Source: a bacterium | GTDB taxonomy: Bacteria; Bacillota_I; Bacilli_A; RF39; UBA660 | Direction of reading: 5' to 3' | Length of the DNA stretch: 53,342 nucleotides | Assembly: GCA_030539175.1 (NCBI GenBank) | Contig: JAUNSN010000004.1 | Coordinates: 1-53,342 of the forward strand | Shown here: one piece after another, positions 9,786-18,851 of the stretch | Layout: each line of letters begins with the position of its first letter | How positions within the stretch are numbered: the stretch's first letter is position 1 | Notes under the pieces: generated by a model | Told to the model about the DNA's origin: nothing | Databases searched by the model: none | What the model saw: the letters and a program-made list of their open reading frames with translations, nothing else | Made by a program: the position numbers and the translations under genes

Positions 9786-11114
9786 ATGAATATACCAAAG
9801 AATATTAATCAATACTACAACATCAACAAGAAAGAAGCAATTGTTGTCGGTGTAAGTTCTGGACCAGATTCCATGGCTTTGTTGCACTACCTACAAAATA
9901 ATATATCAAATACACTAATATGTTGTCATATTAACCATAATAAAAGAAAAGAAAGTGTAAAAGAAGAAAATTATTTAAAACAATATTGTAAAAAACATAA
10001 TATTATTTTTGAAACAACCACTATTACATCATATACAAAAGATAATTTTCAAAATCAAGCAAGAAACAAAAGATATAAGTTTTATCAAGAAACTTTAAAT
10101 AAATACAAATCAACTTCTTTATTTTTAGCCCACCATTCCGATGATTTAATGGAAACAATTATTATTAAAATACTTAGAGGTTCAAATATACAAGGATATG
10201 CTGGATTTAAAGAAATAACTAATATGTATAATAAATATAATATATATCGACCATTTATTAATATTACCAAAGAAGATATTATTAAATACAATAAAAAACA
10301 TAATATAACTTACTTTAACGATAATAGTAATAACGAAGATATATATATAAGAAATAAAATAAGACATAATATAATTACCTTACTAAAAGAAGAAAATAAA
10401 AACATTCACAAAAAGTTTATACAATTTTCTAATTTATTAATTGAATATGATCAATACATAACTAAAGAAGTAGAAAATATTATACCAAGTGTTTATATAA
10501 ATAATAAATTAGATTTAAAAGAATTTAATAAATTACCTAAATTAATACAAACTAATATTTTATACTATATACTATATAGTCACTTTCAAAATATTAGTTT
10601 TAACCAAAAACATATCAACAATATATTTTCTATAATTAATAACAATAAACCTAACTTAGTTATAAATTTACCCAATAAAATAATTATTAAAAAAGAATAT
10701 AATAATTTAATAATTACACAAAATACAAAAAAGAATCTAAATAACAGTTATAAAATAGAATTTAAAAATAATATCAAAATCAATAATCATTATATAGAAA
10801 AGATTAAAGAAATAGACAAAAATGATAATAGCATTTGTAAGTTAAATTCAAATAATATAAAGCTTCCACTTTATATAAGAAACAAAAATAGTAAAGATTA
10901 TATAGAGTTGAGAAATACAAATGGAAAAAGTAAAATTAAAAATATTTTTATAGATAGTAAAGTACCATTAGAAAAAAGAGATAATTATCCTTTATTAGTA
11001 GATGCAACAGATAAAATATTATGGATACCAAAGCTTAAAAAATCTAAATTTTGTTCTAAAAATAATGAATTTTATGATATAATACTTAAGTACTGTGAAA
11101 AGGAGGAAATATAG
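9786..11114 (+). CDS. tilS: tRNA(Ile)-lysidine synthase
   Basis: 442 aa. PP-loop 'VGVSSGPDSMALLH'. It sits directly upstream of ftsH, as in other Firmicutes. Confidence 0.85.
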   Translation: MNIPKNINQYYNINKKEAIVVGVSSGPDSMALLHYLQNNISNTLICCHINHNKRKESVKEENYLKQYCKKHNIIFETTTITSYTKDNFQNQARNKRYKFYQETLNKYKSTSLFLAHHSDDLMETIIIKILRGSNIQGYAGFKEITNMYNKYNIYRPFINITKEDIIKYNKKHNITYFNDNSNNEDIYIRNKIRHNIITLLKEENKNIHKKFIQFSNLLIEYDQYITKEVENIIPSVYINNKLDLKEFNKLPKLIQTNILYYILYSHFQNISFNQKHINNIFSIINNNKPNLVINLPNKIIIKKEYNNLIITQNTKKNLNNSYKIEFKNNIKINNHYIEKIKEIDKNDNSICKLNSNNIKLPLYIRNKNSKDYIELRNTNGKSKIKNIFIDSKVPLEKRDNYPLLVDATDKILWIPKLKKSKFCSKNNEFYDIILKYCEKEEI

Positions 11115-12973
11115 TGAAAAGAAAAACAGTAAAAAAAGGAATATTACCATATACAATTTTACTAGTTTTTATAATAGTATGTCTTATCGTTGTTAATACT
11201 TTAAATACTAAAGTTAACAATTTAACATATGAAGAGTTTAAGTCAAGTTTAGAAAATAATGAAATTGAAGAATTGACATTAACACCTAAAACTAGAACTA
11301 ATGTATATGAAGTCATAGGTAAATTAAATAGTTATGAAGAAAATGAGAGCTTTATTATTAATTTGCCTACATCAGATACTATGATTAATGAAATATTTAC
11401 ATCACAAGACACTAATAATTTTAAATTAACTATTAAGACAGACCCAGAAGCATCTTCTTGGTTATCAATAGTATCTAATGTATTACCACTTGTCATTTTA
11501 GTAGGGGCAACATTTTACCTATTTACAAGACAAATGAGTGGCTCATCGAAGTCTATGGATTTTGGAAAAAGCAAAGCCAAATTACTCGATGAAGGACCTA
11601 AGACAACATTTGCGGATGTTGCAGGATTAACTGAAGAAAAAGAAGAGGTTCAAGAATTAATCGATTTTTTAAAGAATCCTAAAAAATTTCAAAGTATGGG
11701 AGCCCGAATTCCTAAAGGTGTTCTTCTAGTTGGACCACCAGGAACTGGGAAAACATTACTTGCAAGAGCAGTAGCTGGTGAAGCAAAAGTACCATTTTAT
11801 TATATAAGTGGTTCCGATTTTGTTGAGTTATTTGTTGGTATAGGTGCATCACGTGTAAGAGATATGTTTAAGCAAGCCAAATACAATGCACCATGTTTAA
11901 TATTTATTGATGAAATAGACGCTGTAGGGCGACAAAGAGGTACTGGCTTAGGTGGCGGACATGATGAAAGAGAACAAACGTTAAATCAGTTATTAACAGA
12001 AATGGATGGTTTTGGCGCTAATGAGGGAATAATTATTATAGCCGCAACTAATCGACCTGATGTCCTTGATCCAGCATTATTAAGACCTGGTAGATTTGAT
12101 AGACAAGTTACAGTAAATTTACCTGACAAAAAAGGTAGAGAAGAAATATTAAAAGTACACGCTAAAAATAAAATTTTATCAAAAGGAGTTACACTTAAAA
12201 ACTTAGCTCAAAGAACACCAGGATTTAGTGGCGCTGATTTAGAAAATTTACTTAATGAAGCAGCACTACTAACTGTTAGAAGAAACAAAAAAGCTATTAC
12301 TATGAGTGAAATTGATGAAGCAACTGACAGAGTATTAATGGGACCAGCAAAAATTACTAAGAAATATACTGATAAAGAAAAGAAAATGGTCGCATTTCAC
12401 GAAGCTGGACATGTCGTTTTAGGTTTAAAATTAGATGATGCTAATGACGTTCAAAAAGTAACCATTATTCCTAGAAGTAATGCTGGTGGATATGCCATGA
12501 TGATCCCACGTGAAGAAACATTTACATCAACTCAAAAAGAGCTTGAAGAAAGAATATCTGGACTACTTGGCGGACGAGTTGCTGAAGAGTTAATATTCAA
12601 TGAAATAACAACTGGCGCACAAAACGATATTGAAAAAGCAACAAAAATTGCAAGAAGTATGGTTACAGAATACGGAATGAGTTCGCTTGGACCAATACAA
12701 CTAGAAGAAAAAACAGGGGGAATATTCTTGGGAAGAGACTACAATAAAAATAGAAATATTTCTGATATAGTTGCACATGAAATAGACGAAGAAATGAGAA
12801 AAATAATCAATAACTGCTATGAAAAAACAAGGAAAATCATTAAAGATAATAAATCATTATTAGAATTAATTGCCAACAATTTACTTGAACACGAAACATT
12901 AACTAAAGAACAAATTGATTATTTAGTTGAACATAAAAAAATGCCTATCGAAGAAGAAGACCTAAAAATTTAG
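11114..12973 (+). CDS. ftsH: ATP-dependent zinc metalloprotease FtsH
   Basis: 619 aa. GTG start after AAGGAGG. Walker A 'GPPGTGKT', SRH '[18 protein letters not shown]', and zinc site 'HEAGH'. Confidence 0.97.
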   Translation: MKRKTVKKGILPYTILLVFIIVCLIVVNTLNTKVNNLTYEEFKSSLENNEIEELTLTPKTRTNVYEVIGKLNSYEENESFIINLPTSDTMINEIFTSQDTNNFKLTIKTDPEASSWLSIVSNVLPLVILVGATFYLFTRQMSGSSKSMDFGKSKAKLLDEGPKTTFADVAGLTEEKEEVQELIDFLKNPKKFQSMGARIPKGVLLVGPPGTGKTLLARAVAGEAKVPFYYISGSDFVELFVGIGASRVRDMFKQAKYNAPCLIFIDEIDAVGRQRGTGLGGGHDEREQTLNQLLTEMDGFGANEGIIIIAATNRPDVLDPALLRPGRFDRQVTVNLPDKKGREEILKVHAKNKILSKGVTLKNLAQRTPGFSGADLENLLNEAALLTVRRNKKAITMSEIDEATDRVLMGPAKITKKYTDKEKKMVAFHEAGHVVLGLKLDDANDVQKVTIIPRSNAGGYAMMIPREETFTSTQKELEERISGLLGGRVAEELIFNEITTGAQNDIEKATKIARSMVTEYGMSSLGPIQLEEKTGGIFLGRDYNKNRNISDIVAHEIDEEMRKIINNCYEKTRKIIKDNKSLLELIANNLLEHETLTKEQIDYLVEHKKMPIEEEDLKI

Positions 12974-12986
12974 GCCTTCTTTTTTA
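12955..12986 (+). terminator. Candidate intrinsic terminator after ftsH (may be bidirectional with the divIC-like gene)
   Basis: GAAGACCTAAA-AAT-TTTAGGCCTTC stem with one mismatch, followed by TTTTTT. Confidence 0.4.
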
Positions 12987-13331
12987 TTCAACATTTTCTT
13001 CATCCTCAGGAATTCTAATAATTAGTTCCCCGTCCTTCGAATATAAATACTTTTCTCTTGCATATTTAGCAACATAAGAGGGATCTTCTAACTTTTGAAT
13101 ATCTGTTTTCAATATTTCTTCCTCTTTTTCCAACTGAACAATTTTCGAATTTAAGCTTTCTTTTTCTTTGATCAACGATTTAATCGAACTCAAATAACCA
13201 AACAAGTTATAAAGTAAAGTTAAAGATATAGCACCAAATACAAATAAAAACATAAAAATACGAACACCTGACTTAACCTTACGTTTTTTCTTTTTAGCCA
13301 CTATCATCACCTCACAATTATCGTCAAACAA
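12984..13331 (-). CDS. divIC: Septum formation initiator, FtsB/DivIC family
   Basis: Basic N-terminus, one TM segment, and a coiled coil 'LNSKIVQLEKEEEILKTDIQKLEDPSYVAKYAREKY'. It is syntenic with yabP-yabQ-divIC. The true start is probably the GTG at 13301, which follows a GAGGTG RBS. Confidence 0.7.
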   Translation of the reverse strand: MFDDNCEVMIVAKKKKRKVKSGVRIFMFLFVFGAISLTLLYNLFGYLSSIKSLIKEKESLNSKIVQLEKEEEILKTDIQKLEDPSYVAKYAREKYLYSKDGELIIRIPEDEENVE

Positions 13332-13384
13332 TTATAGCATTATCATGAAAAAATGTAAATAAAAAAACAAAAATAGACAAAACT

Positions 13385-13719
13385 TTACTTCTTCTTTACA
13401 TATTTTTTTAAAAATTTATTCCATATTTTTTTACTAAGAATATAACCTAATATCACATTTAAAAAGAAGTAATTATGAATAATACCATCATTGATATTAA
13501 TTAATATTAAAAAATTTAAAATAAAAATCATGTGATATTAATTAATATTAAAAAATATAGTAAAGATAAGTCAAGTACAAATAAAAATGAAACAATAACT
13601 TTTACGAAAAGTCTAATATCATAAATAAATTTATAATTTAATTCAACCAATATATTTATAAATACTCCATATATAAAAGCAAATATTAAAGCATTAATTT
13701 GCTCACTCAGTTGCATCAT
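13385..13719 (-). pseudogene. yabQ: yabQ (spore cortex biosynthesis protein), split by an imperfect 41-bp tandem duplication into two overlapping ORFs
   Basis: The first ORF is 13528-13719 (63 aa, hydrophobic) and ends ...LYFLILINIT*. The second ORF is 13385-13531 (48 aa, ATG overlapping the TGA as ATGA) and reads MIFILNFLILININDGIIHNYFFLNVILGYILSKKIW... An exact 23-nt repeat occurs at 13493-13515 and 13534-13556. Removing 41 nt fuses the two frames. Confidence 0.55.
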
Positions 13720-14009
13720 TTAAATAATCTCGTAAATAAAGAATTATCTTTATTCTTTTTACCATCATTATCCATATAACATACATCGTCTATTTTTCCT
13801 TTTATAGAAACATTACCTTGATAGGTATCTAACTTAATTATTTCTAAACTCTCTCCCTTAATAATTAAAAAGCCTAAAGTTGTATCCATTAAAAACTCAG
13901 TTTCATCAAAACTTTCAATTTTTTTAACACCTGATACAATAACACTCTTTCTTTCAGTTAAAGTAATACCATGATTAAAACCATTATCAATTTCTACTAT
14001 TTTATCCAC
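13716..14009 (-). CDS. yabP: Sporulation protein YabP
   Basis: 'LTERKSVIVSGVKKIESFDETEFLMDTTLGFLIIKGESLEIIKLD' matches the YabP/YqfC family. The start is set at the GTG preceded by AAAGGAGGAGG. The upstream extension to 14096 in the ORF track is hydrophobic junk. Confidence 0.8.
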   Translation of the reverse strand: MDKIVEIDNGFNHGITLTERKSVIVSGVKKIESFDETEFLMDTTLGFLIIKGESLEIIKLDTYQGNVSIKGKIDDVCYMDNDGKKNKDNSLFTRLFK

Positions 14010-14107
14010 AATACCTCCTCCTTTTAACACATAATATGCATAAAACATCAGAAATATAAAAATATAAACAAAACAAAATTCTACAAAAAAAAACACTAAT
14101 TAGTGTT

Positions 14108-14365
14108 TTATTCAGCAGTTTCGTAAGCTTCCAATATTTCTTTTTCAAACATTTGGCGAACTTCAGAATTAATAGGATGAGCTATATCTCTATAACCACC
14201 TGTAGATGTTTGTCTACTTGGCATAGCAATAAATAAGCCTTTATCTCCCCCGATAATACGAATATCGTGAACGGCAAAACAATCATCTAGCAATACAGAC
14301 GCAATACCTTTCAAACGAGAGTTTTCCTTTTCAATTTTTTTGACTGTTACTGAAGTAATTTTCAT
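14108..14365 (-). CDS. spoVG: Septation/sporulation regulator SpoVG
   Basis: 85 aa. 'KGIASVLLDDCFAVHDIRIIGGDKGLFIAMPSR' is the canonical SpoVG core. Confidence 0.93.
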   Translation of the reverse strand: MKITSVTVKKIEKENSRLKGIASVLLDDCFAVHDIRIIGGDKGLFIAMPSRQTSTGGYRDIAHPINSEVRQMFEKEILEAYETAE

Positions 14366-14455
14366 CCTTCTTCAACTCCTTCTGGAAAATAGTAAATTCT
14401 CCAATATAATTGTATATTAAATATTGATAAAAATCAACATTTTTTAATTATTTTA

Positions 14456-14686
14456 TTAACTTTTCTTTTTATGTGAAAAATTTAATTGAACCGTATTAGT
14501 TAAAATGTCAGAATAACAAAAACTCTTAACTTCGCTATTTCCCACTTTTACTATAAAAATAGCATTATACATTTCTGTTATTTTACCCTCAAATTCTTCT
14601 TTCTTATTTCTACTTCCCTTACATGTTACTTTTACATCATCACCTATTTTTTTCTTTATTTCCGTTTTTATTTTTTCAATAGTCAT
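14456..14686 (-). CDS. veg: Veg protein (biofilm formation stimulator)
   Basis: 76 aa. 'FEGKITEMYNAIFIVKV...FCYSDILTNTVQLNF' parallels B. subtilis Veg. It sits in yabG-veg synteny. Confidence 0.85.
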   Translation of the reverse strand: MTIEKIKTEIKKKIGDDVKVTCKGSRNKKEEFEGKITEMYNAIFIVKVGNSEVKSFCYSDILTNTVQLNFSHKKKS

Positions 14687-14694
14687 TTTATCTC

Positions 14695-15456
14695 CTATCT
14701 AGGAAAACCTACATACATAGTTCCCTTAGTTATTATCCCTCCCATCCCAGATACTCCATATTTAGTACGTTCTAAAATATTAAGTAAATCAATATTGTCA
14801 TTTCTATCAGCAAAAGCTAATGATGCGGCAATAATAGCTGGATCTAACGCATGAATATTTATTCTTTTTGGACTAGAAGCAAAGTTAGCACCTGCTTTAA
14901 TTAAATCTTCGTAATTAGACTGACAGGCACCAGCAACAATAATTAATTTCTCATGCGATTTTTCATACCTCCTTGCTTCTCGTACAGCTTCAACAAAATT
15001 AGAGGTATTTTTATAATTATCACCTCTTTTACGATAAAAAGCATCATGACCAGTAATTACCAAAATATCAGGGTTATACTTTTTTAAATAATCTAATATA
15101 TTACTACTCATATCTTCTTCTTCTAAATAAAAACCATAACTTTTAACTTTATTTTTATTATAATAATTAATACATCTCTCTAAATATTCGTTGTCACCGT
15201 CTAAATGCAAAATACGCCCAGGTAGATAAAAATAATCATTTCTATCTAATGTACCAATTTCATTAACTACAGGAATATCTTCATCATTTTCTTTATCAGA
15301 TGAAACAAATTTAACTAAGTCATCTAATGGACTATCAGCAACTAATCTAACATCAATCCCCTTTAATAAAACTACATTATTATCAATATTAACAATTCTA
15401 AACACAACATCATTATTATAAGAATTTCTAGTTACTAAATCACCTATCTCTAACAT
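14695..15456 (-). CDS. yabG: Sporulation-specific peptidase YabG
   Basis: 'IGDLVTRNSYNNDVVFRIV', 'ILHLDGD', 'PDILVITGHDA' and 'GACQSNYEDLIKAGANFASSPKRINIHALDP'. The start is set at the ATG after a GGGTGAT RBS. Confidence 0.87.
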   Translation of the reverse strand: MLEIGDLVTRNSYNNDVVFRIVNIDNNVVLLKGIDVRLVADSPLDDLVKFVSSDKENDEDIPVVNEIGTLDRNDYFYLPGRILHLDGDNEYLERCINYYNKNKVKSYGFYLEEEDMSSNILDYLKKYNPDILVITGHDAFYRKRGDNYKNTSNFVEAVREARRYEKSHEKLIIVAGACQSNYEDLIKAGANFASSPKRINIHALDPAIIAASLAFADRNDNIDLLNILERTKYGVSGMGGIITKGTMYVGFPR

Positions 15457-15586
15457 ATCTATCACCCATTTCAAGTATATGAATAAAATAAAAAGAATAA
15501 TACTATTTTTATATCAACATATAGTAACTATAAAAAGAATCTTTTATTTTATAAAAGATTCTTCTTCTTTAATATAACAATTTTTA

Positions 15587-16396
15587 CTAATGATTAAATA
15601 AAAATTTACTTATTTCAACAAAATCATCAATAGTTAAATTTTCTGCCCTAACGCTTAAATCTTTACCAAGTTTATTTAATATAATTGCCATTAAATTTAA
15701 GTCATAACTATCTAAATTATTCTTTAAAGTCTTTCTTTTTTGTCTAAAACTATCACGTACTAATTTTAAAAATATTGCTTCTTCGTCTTTCGATAATTTT
15801 CTAATTTTTTTATTCATAGATATAACAACACTATCAACGTTAGGTATAGGTTTAAAACAAGTTCTTTTTACAACAAATAGTTTATTAATATTATAATAAT
15901 AATTTAGGCACACAGTTAAAGAATTGTAATTTTTTGTTCCAACATTGGCAGTAATTCTATTTCCTACTTCCAGTTGCATCATTAAAAGAAATTTGTCAGG
16001 AAAAATATTATTTTCAATAAATTTATTAATAATAGCTGTAGTTATATAATAAGGTAAATTAGATACAACAACTAATTTTGACAAATTACAATTTTCTATT
16101 ATTGTAGAAATATCTGCTTTTAAAAAGTCTTGCATTATCAAATTCACATTACTATAACAAGCTAATCTTTTTTTTAAAGTACTTTCTAATCTTCCATCTA
16201 TTTCAAAACATATTAATTTTTTACAAATACTAGCAAGATTACAAGTTAAATTACCGCTACCAGCACCTATTTCAATAACTAATGTATCTTCATCTACTAC
16301 AATATTACTCATTATTTTATCAATAATATTATTATCAATTAAAAAATTTTGGCCCAAAGATTTTTTAAATTTAAATCCATCCATAACATCACCCAC
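15587..16396 (-). CDS. rsmA: 16S rRNA (adenine1518/1519-N6)-dimethyltransferase
   Basis: 'KKSLGQNFL' and the SAM motif 'EIGAGSGNLT'. The start may be the ATG at 16384. Confidence 0.92.
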   Translation of the reverse strand: MGDVMDGFKFKKSLGQNFLIDNNIIDKIMSNIVVDEDTLVIEIGAGSGNLTCNLASICKKLICFEIDGRLESTLKKRLACYSNVNLIMQDFLKADISTIIENCNLSKLVVVSNLPYYITTAIINKFIENNIFPDKFLLMMQLEVGNRITANVGTKNYNSLTVCLNYYYNINKLFVVKRTCFKPIPNVDSVVISMNKKIRKLSKDEEAIFLKLVRDSFRQKRKTLKNNLDSYDLNLMAIILNKLGKDLSVRAENLTIDDFVEISKFLFNH

Positions 16397-16430
16397 ATAT
16401 AAAACATTTAAAAAGAGTTATTACTAACTC

Positions 16431-17156
16431 TTAATAGCCACTTCTTTTTAATACAAAAGTAGTATTCTTACTTGTTGCACCACCTACCCTTGCAGCACTC
16501 TCACTAGCAAAGGCTAAATCTACCCAAACATTACCATTATTCCAAGCATTAATCATACTACCACCTGTATCTAATACAATACCATAAAAAGGTTCTAGTA
16601 TTCCATTATCAACATAAACTATTGAACCACATGGAAATAAGCTTCTTGCTGCTGATAAAATTCTTACACTACCATAAGTCGCATCATTATAATAAATACC
16701 ATTAGTATGAAGATTATGACCTCCACATGCCAATCCACCAGTATTACCACAACCTGCACAATCAGGACCATAACCAGTTAATTTACCAGTATAAGTTCCT
16801 AAACTATCACTTGTCGTTGCAGCAGGAACATTATCGTTTTGTTTAATAACAGCAGCACTTTCTTGTTGTTTTCTTATTTCTTCTTGTTTCTTTAGTTCTT
16901 CTTGTCTTTTTCTTTCCTCTTCTGCTAATCTTGCCTTTTCTTCCTCTTCAGCTTTTAAGCGTGCTTCTTCAGCAAGCATAGCAGCTTCCATTTCTTTTAT
17001 TGTTTCAGCTAACTCAGATGTTTGCCGATAGTCAGTATTACTAACTACAGCAACTTCGTTCATATCTAAATTCTTTGGAAGAGTAACAACAACAAATATT
17101 GCAACAAACAACATTTGAATACCAATTACTCCTACCTTAGAAATTCTTTTTAACAT
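16431..17156 (-). CDS. Secreted or membrane-anchored 3D-domain (RlpA/MltA-like double-psi barrel) protein, YabE-like position
   Basis: N-terminal TM segment, an E/K/R-rich coiled segment, and a Cys/Gly-rich C-terminal domain 'GYGPDCAGCGNTGGLACGGHNL...VLDTGG'. It lies between tatD and rsmA, like B. subtilis yabE. The start is set at the ATG after GAGGTG. Confidence 0.6.
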   Translation of the reverse strand: MLKRISKVGVIGIQMLFVAIFVVVTLPKNLDMNEVAVVSNTDYRQTSELAETIKEMEAAMLAEEARLKAEEEEKARLAEEERKRQEELKKQEEIRKQQESAAVIKQNDNVPAATTSDSLGTYTGKLTGYGPDCAGCGNTGGLACGGHNLHTNGIYYNDATYGSVRILSAARSLFPCGSIVYVDNGILEPFYGIVLDTGGSMINAWNNGNVWVDLAFASESAARVGGATSKNTTFVLKRSGY

Positions 17157-17209
17157 TCTTTCACCTCTAATTTTTTTCCCTGAGTAAATAAATTTTACCA
17201 CAATAAAAA

Positions 17210-17959
17210 CTAAAAGTCAAATAGCTGATAAACATTACTAGTAGTAATATTTTCCACCTCTTTTGAAGATACACCCTTAATTTCAGCTATCTTATTACAT
17301 ATTTCTCTTATATAACAAGGTTCATTTTTTTTATTTCTAAAAGGATCTGGTGTTAAATAAGGACTATCAGTTTCTAATACTATCCACTTTAAATCTACAT
17401 TTTTAACTACCTCACATAATTTTTTGGCATTTCTAAATGTTATTATACCCCCTACACCCAAATATATTCCTAATTGATTAAATTTATGTGCCATCTCTAC
17501 ACTACCACTATAACAATGTAAAATACCCTTATTACCTTTCTCTTTTAATATATCATATGTATCTTTAATCGCATCTCTACTATGAATAATAACAGGTTTA
17601 TTATATTTTAAAGCAATATCTAATTGTTTTTTAAAAAGATTTATTTGTTTTTGTTTATCCTTAATATCATAATAATAATCTAAACCAATTTCACCTATTC
17701 CTAATATTTTTTTACAATTAATATTATCTTCTAACCATTTTAAATCTTCATTCAAAGCATCAGAGATATAATTAGGATAAAAACCTAAAGTCCCGTGAAC
17801 ATTATCATATTTTGTAACTAATTCCAACACCTCTTTATTACTAATCATATCATAACCATTTACAATTATTATATTCACATCTTTTTTTAATGACCGTTTT
17901 ATAACATCAGAAATATCATTATAATACTCTTTAAATAAATGACAATGTGTATCTACCAT
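17210..17959 (-). CDS. tatD: TatD-family metal-dependent DNase/hydrolase
   Basis: 'VDTHCHL', 'GEIGLDYYY' and 'IHSRDA' motifs. The ATG follows a GGAGGAAGTT RBS. Confidence 0.92.
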   Translation of the reverse strand: MVDTHCHLFKEYYNDISDVIKRSLKKDVNIIIVNGYDMISNKEVLELVTKYDNVHGTLGFYPNYISDALNEDLKWLEDNINCKKILGIGEIGLDYYYDIKDKQKQINLFKKQLDIALKYNKPVIIHSRDAIKDTYDILKEKGNKGILHCYSGSVEMAHKFNQLGIYLGVGGIITFRNAKKLCEVVKNVDLKWIVLETDSPYLTPDPFRNKKNEPCYIREICNKIAEIKGVSSKEVENITTSNVYQLFDF

Positions 17960-17998
17960 AACTTCCTCCAAAATAAAATTATACTAATAATAGTATAA

Positions 17999-18160
17999 TT
18001 AAGATTTAATATTTAATAATTTAATATATATAAGTAACACTATACAAAAATAAATTAAATCTATAAAACTAAAATTTACTACTAAAGAAATACTTAAAAC
18101 TACCAACAGCATTAATACAAAACAAAACTTACGTATTGCTCCAATTAATGTAATAAGCAA
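17999..18160 (-). CDS. Candidate small hydrophobic protein (53 aa, TTG start)
   Basis: An AAAGGAGG RBS lies 9 nt before the TTG. The product is LITLIGAIRKFCFVLMLLVVLSISLVVNFSFIDLIYFCIVLLIYIKLLNIKS. It is below the ORF-track length cut-off and I recognise no homology. Confidence 0.25.
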   Translation of the reverse strand: MLITLIGAIRKFCFVLMLLVVLSISLVVNFSFIDLIYFCIVLLIYIKLLNIKS

Positions 18161-18201
18161 TTTTATCTGCCTCCTTTAAATACAAATATAGATTAACATA
18201 T

Positions 18202-18249
18202 AAAAAAAAGAATGTAAATTATTTTACAAACTTTCACAAAAGTTTACAT
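18202..18249 (-). terminator. Intrinsic terminator after spoVT
   Basis: Nested stem on the minus strand (ATGTAAA...AAACTTT-TGTG-AAAGTTT...TTTACAT), followed by T8. Confidence 0.55.
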
Positions 18250-18780
18250 CTATTCGACAAAATATTTAGACAATAAATTAGCTAAAACTACAGCCATTTT
18301 TTCTTCATACTCCAATAATTGACCTTCCGTACAAATAATTATAACTCCACCAATACAATCACTATTTGAAATAATTGAAGAAAAAGAATATACACAAAAT
18401 TCATCTACATCATCGACAAAATTCATTGTCTTTTTTTGTCTTTCAACAAAACTATCACGTCTTTCAATCGAACGTTCGACAAATTCGGTTATAGTCTTAT
18501 CAATATATTTAGTTTTAAGACTACCACTAGCTGCAATCACCTTATCTCTATCAGTAACGATAACATTGTGTTTAATTGTTTTCTGGATGGCATCTGCATA
18601 TTTTGTAGCAATAGTTTCCATACTTTCAATAGCAGAATATTTTTTTAATATCAAATTTTCCTCATCAACCATTATTTCTAAACTATCGCCATTTTTTATT
18701 CGTAAATTTTTTCTAATTTCTTTAGGAATTACAATTCTTCCTAAATCATCAATTCTTCTAATAACTCCAGTAGTTTTCAT
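18250..18780 (-). CDS. spoVT: Stage V sporulation transcriptional regulator SpoVT (AbrB family)
   Basis: 176 aa. 'TGVIRRIDDLGRIVIPKEIRKNLRIKNGDSLEI' is a SpoVT/AbrB swapped-hairpin domain, followed by a GAF-like C-terminal domain. It lies downstream of mfd, as in Bacillus. Confidence 0.93.
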   Translation of the reverse strand: MKTTGVIRRIDDLGRIVIPKEIRKNLRIKNGDSLEIMVDEENLILKKYSAIESMETIATKYADAIQKTIKHNVIVTDRDKVIAASGSLKTKYIDKTITEFVERSIERRDSFVERQKKTMNFVDDVDEFCVYSFSSIISNSDCIGGVIIICTEGQLLEYEEKMAVVLANLLSKYFVE

Positions 18781-18851
18781 TATTCATATTACCTCTTTCT
18801 AACATTATTGTGAGAAAATTAGGTATTTTTATACAAAAAGTTACTCTTTTT

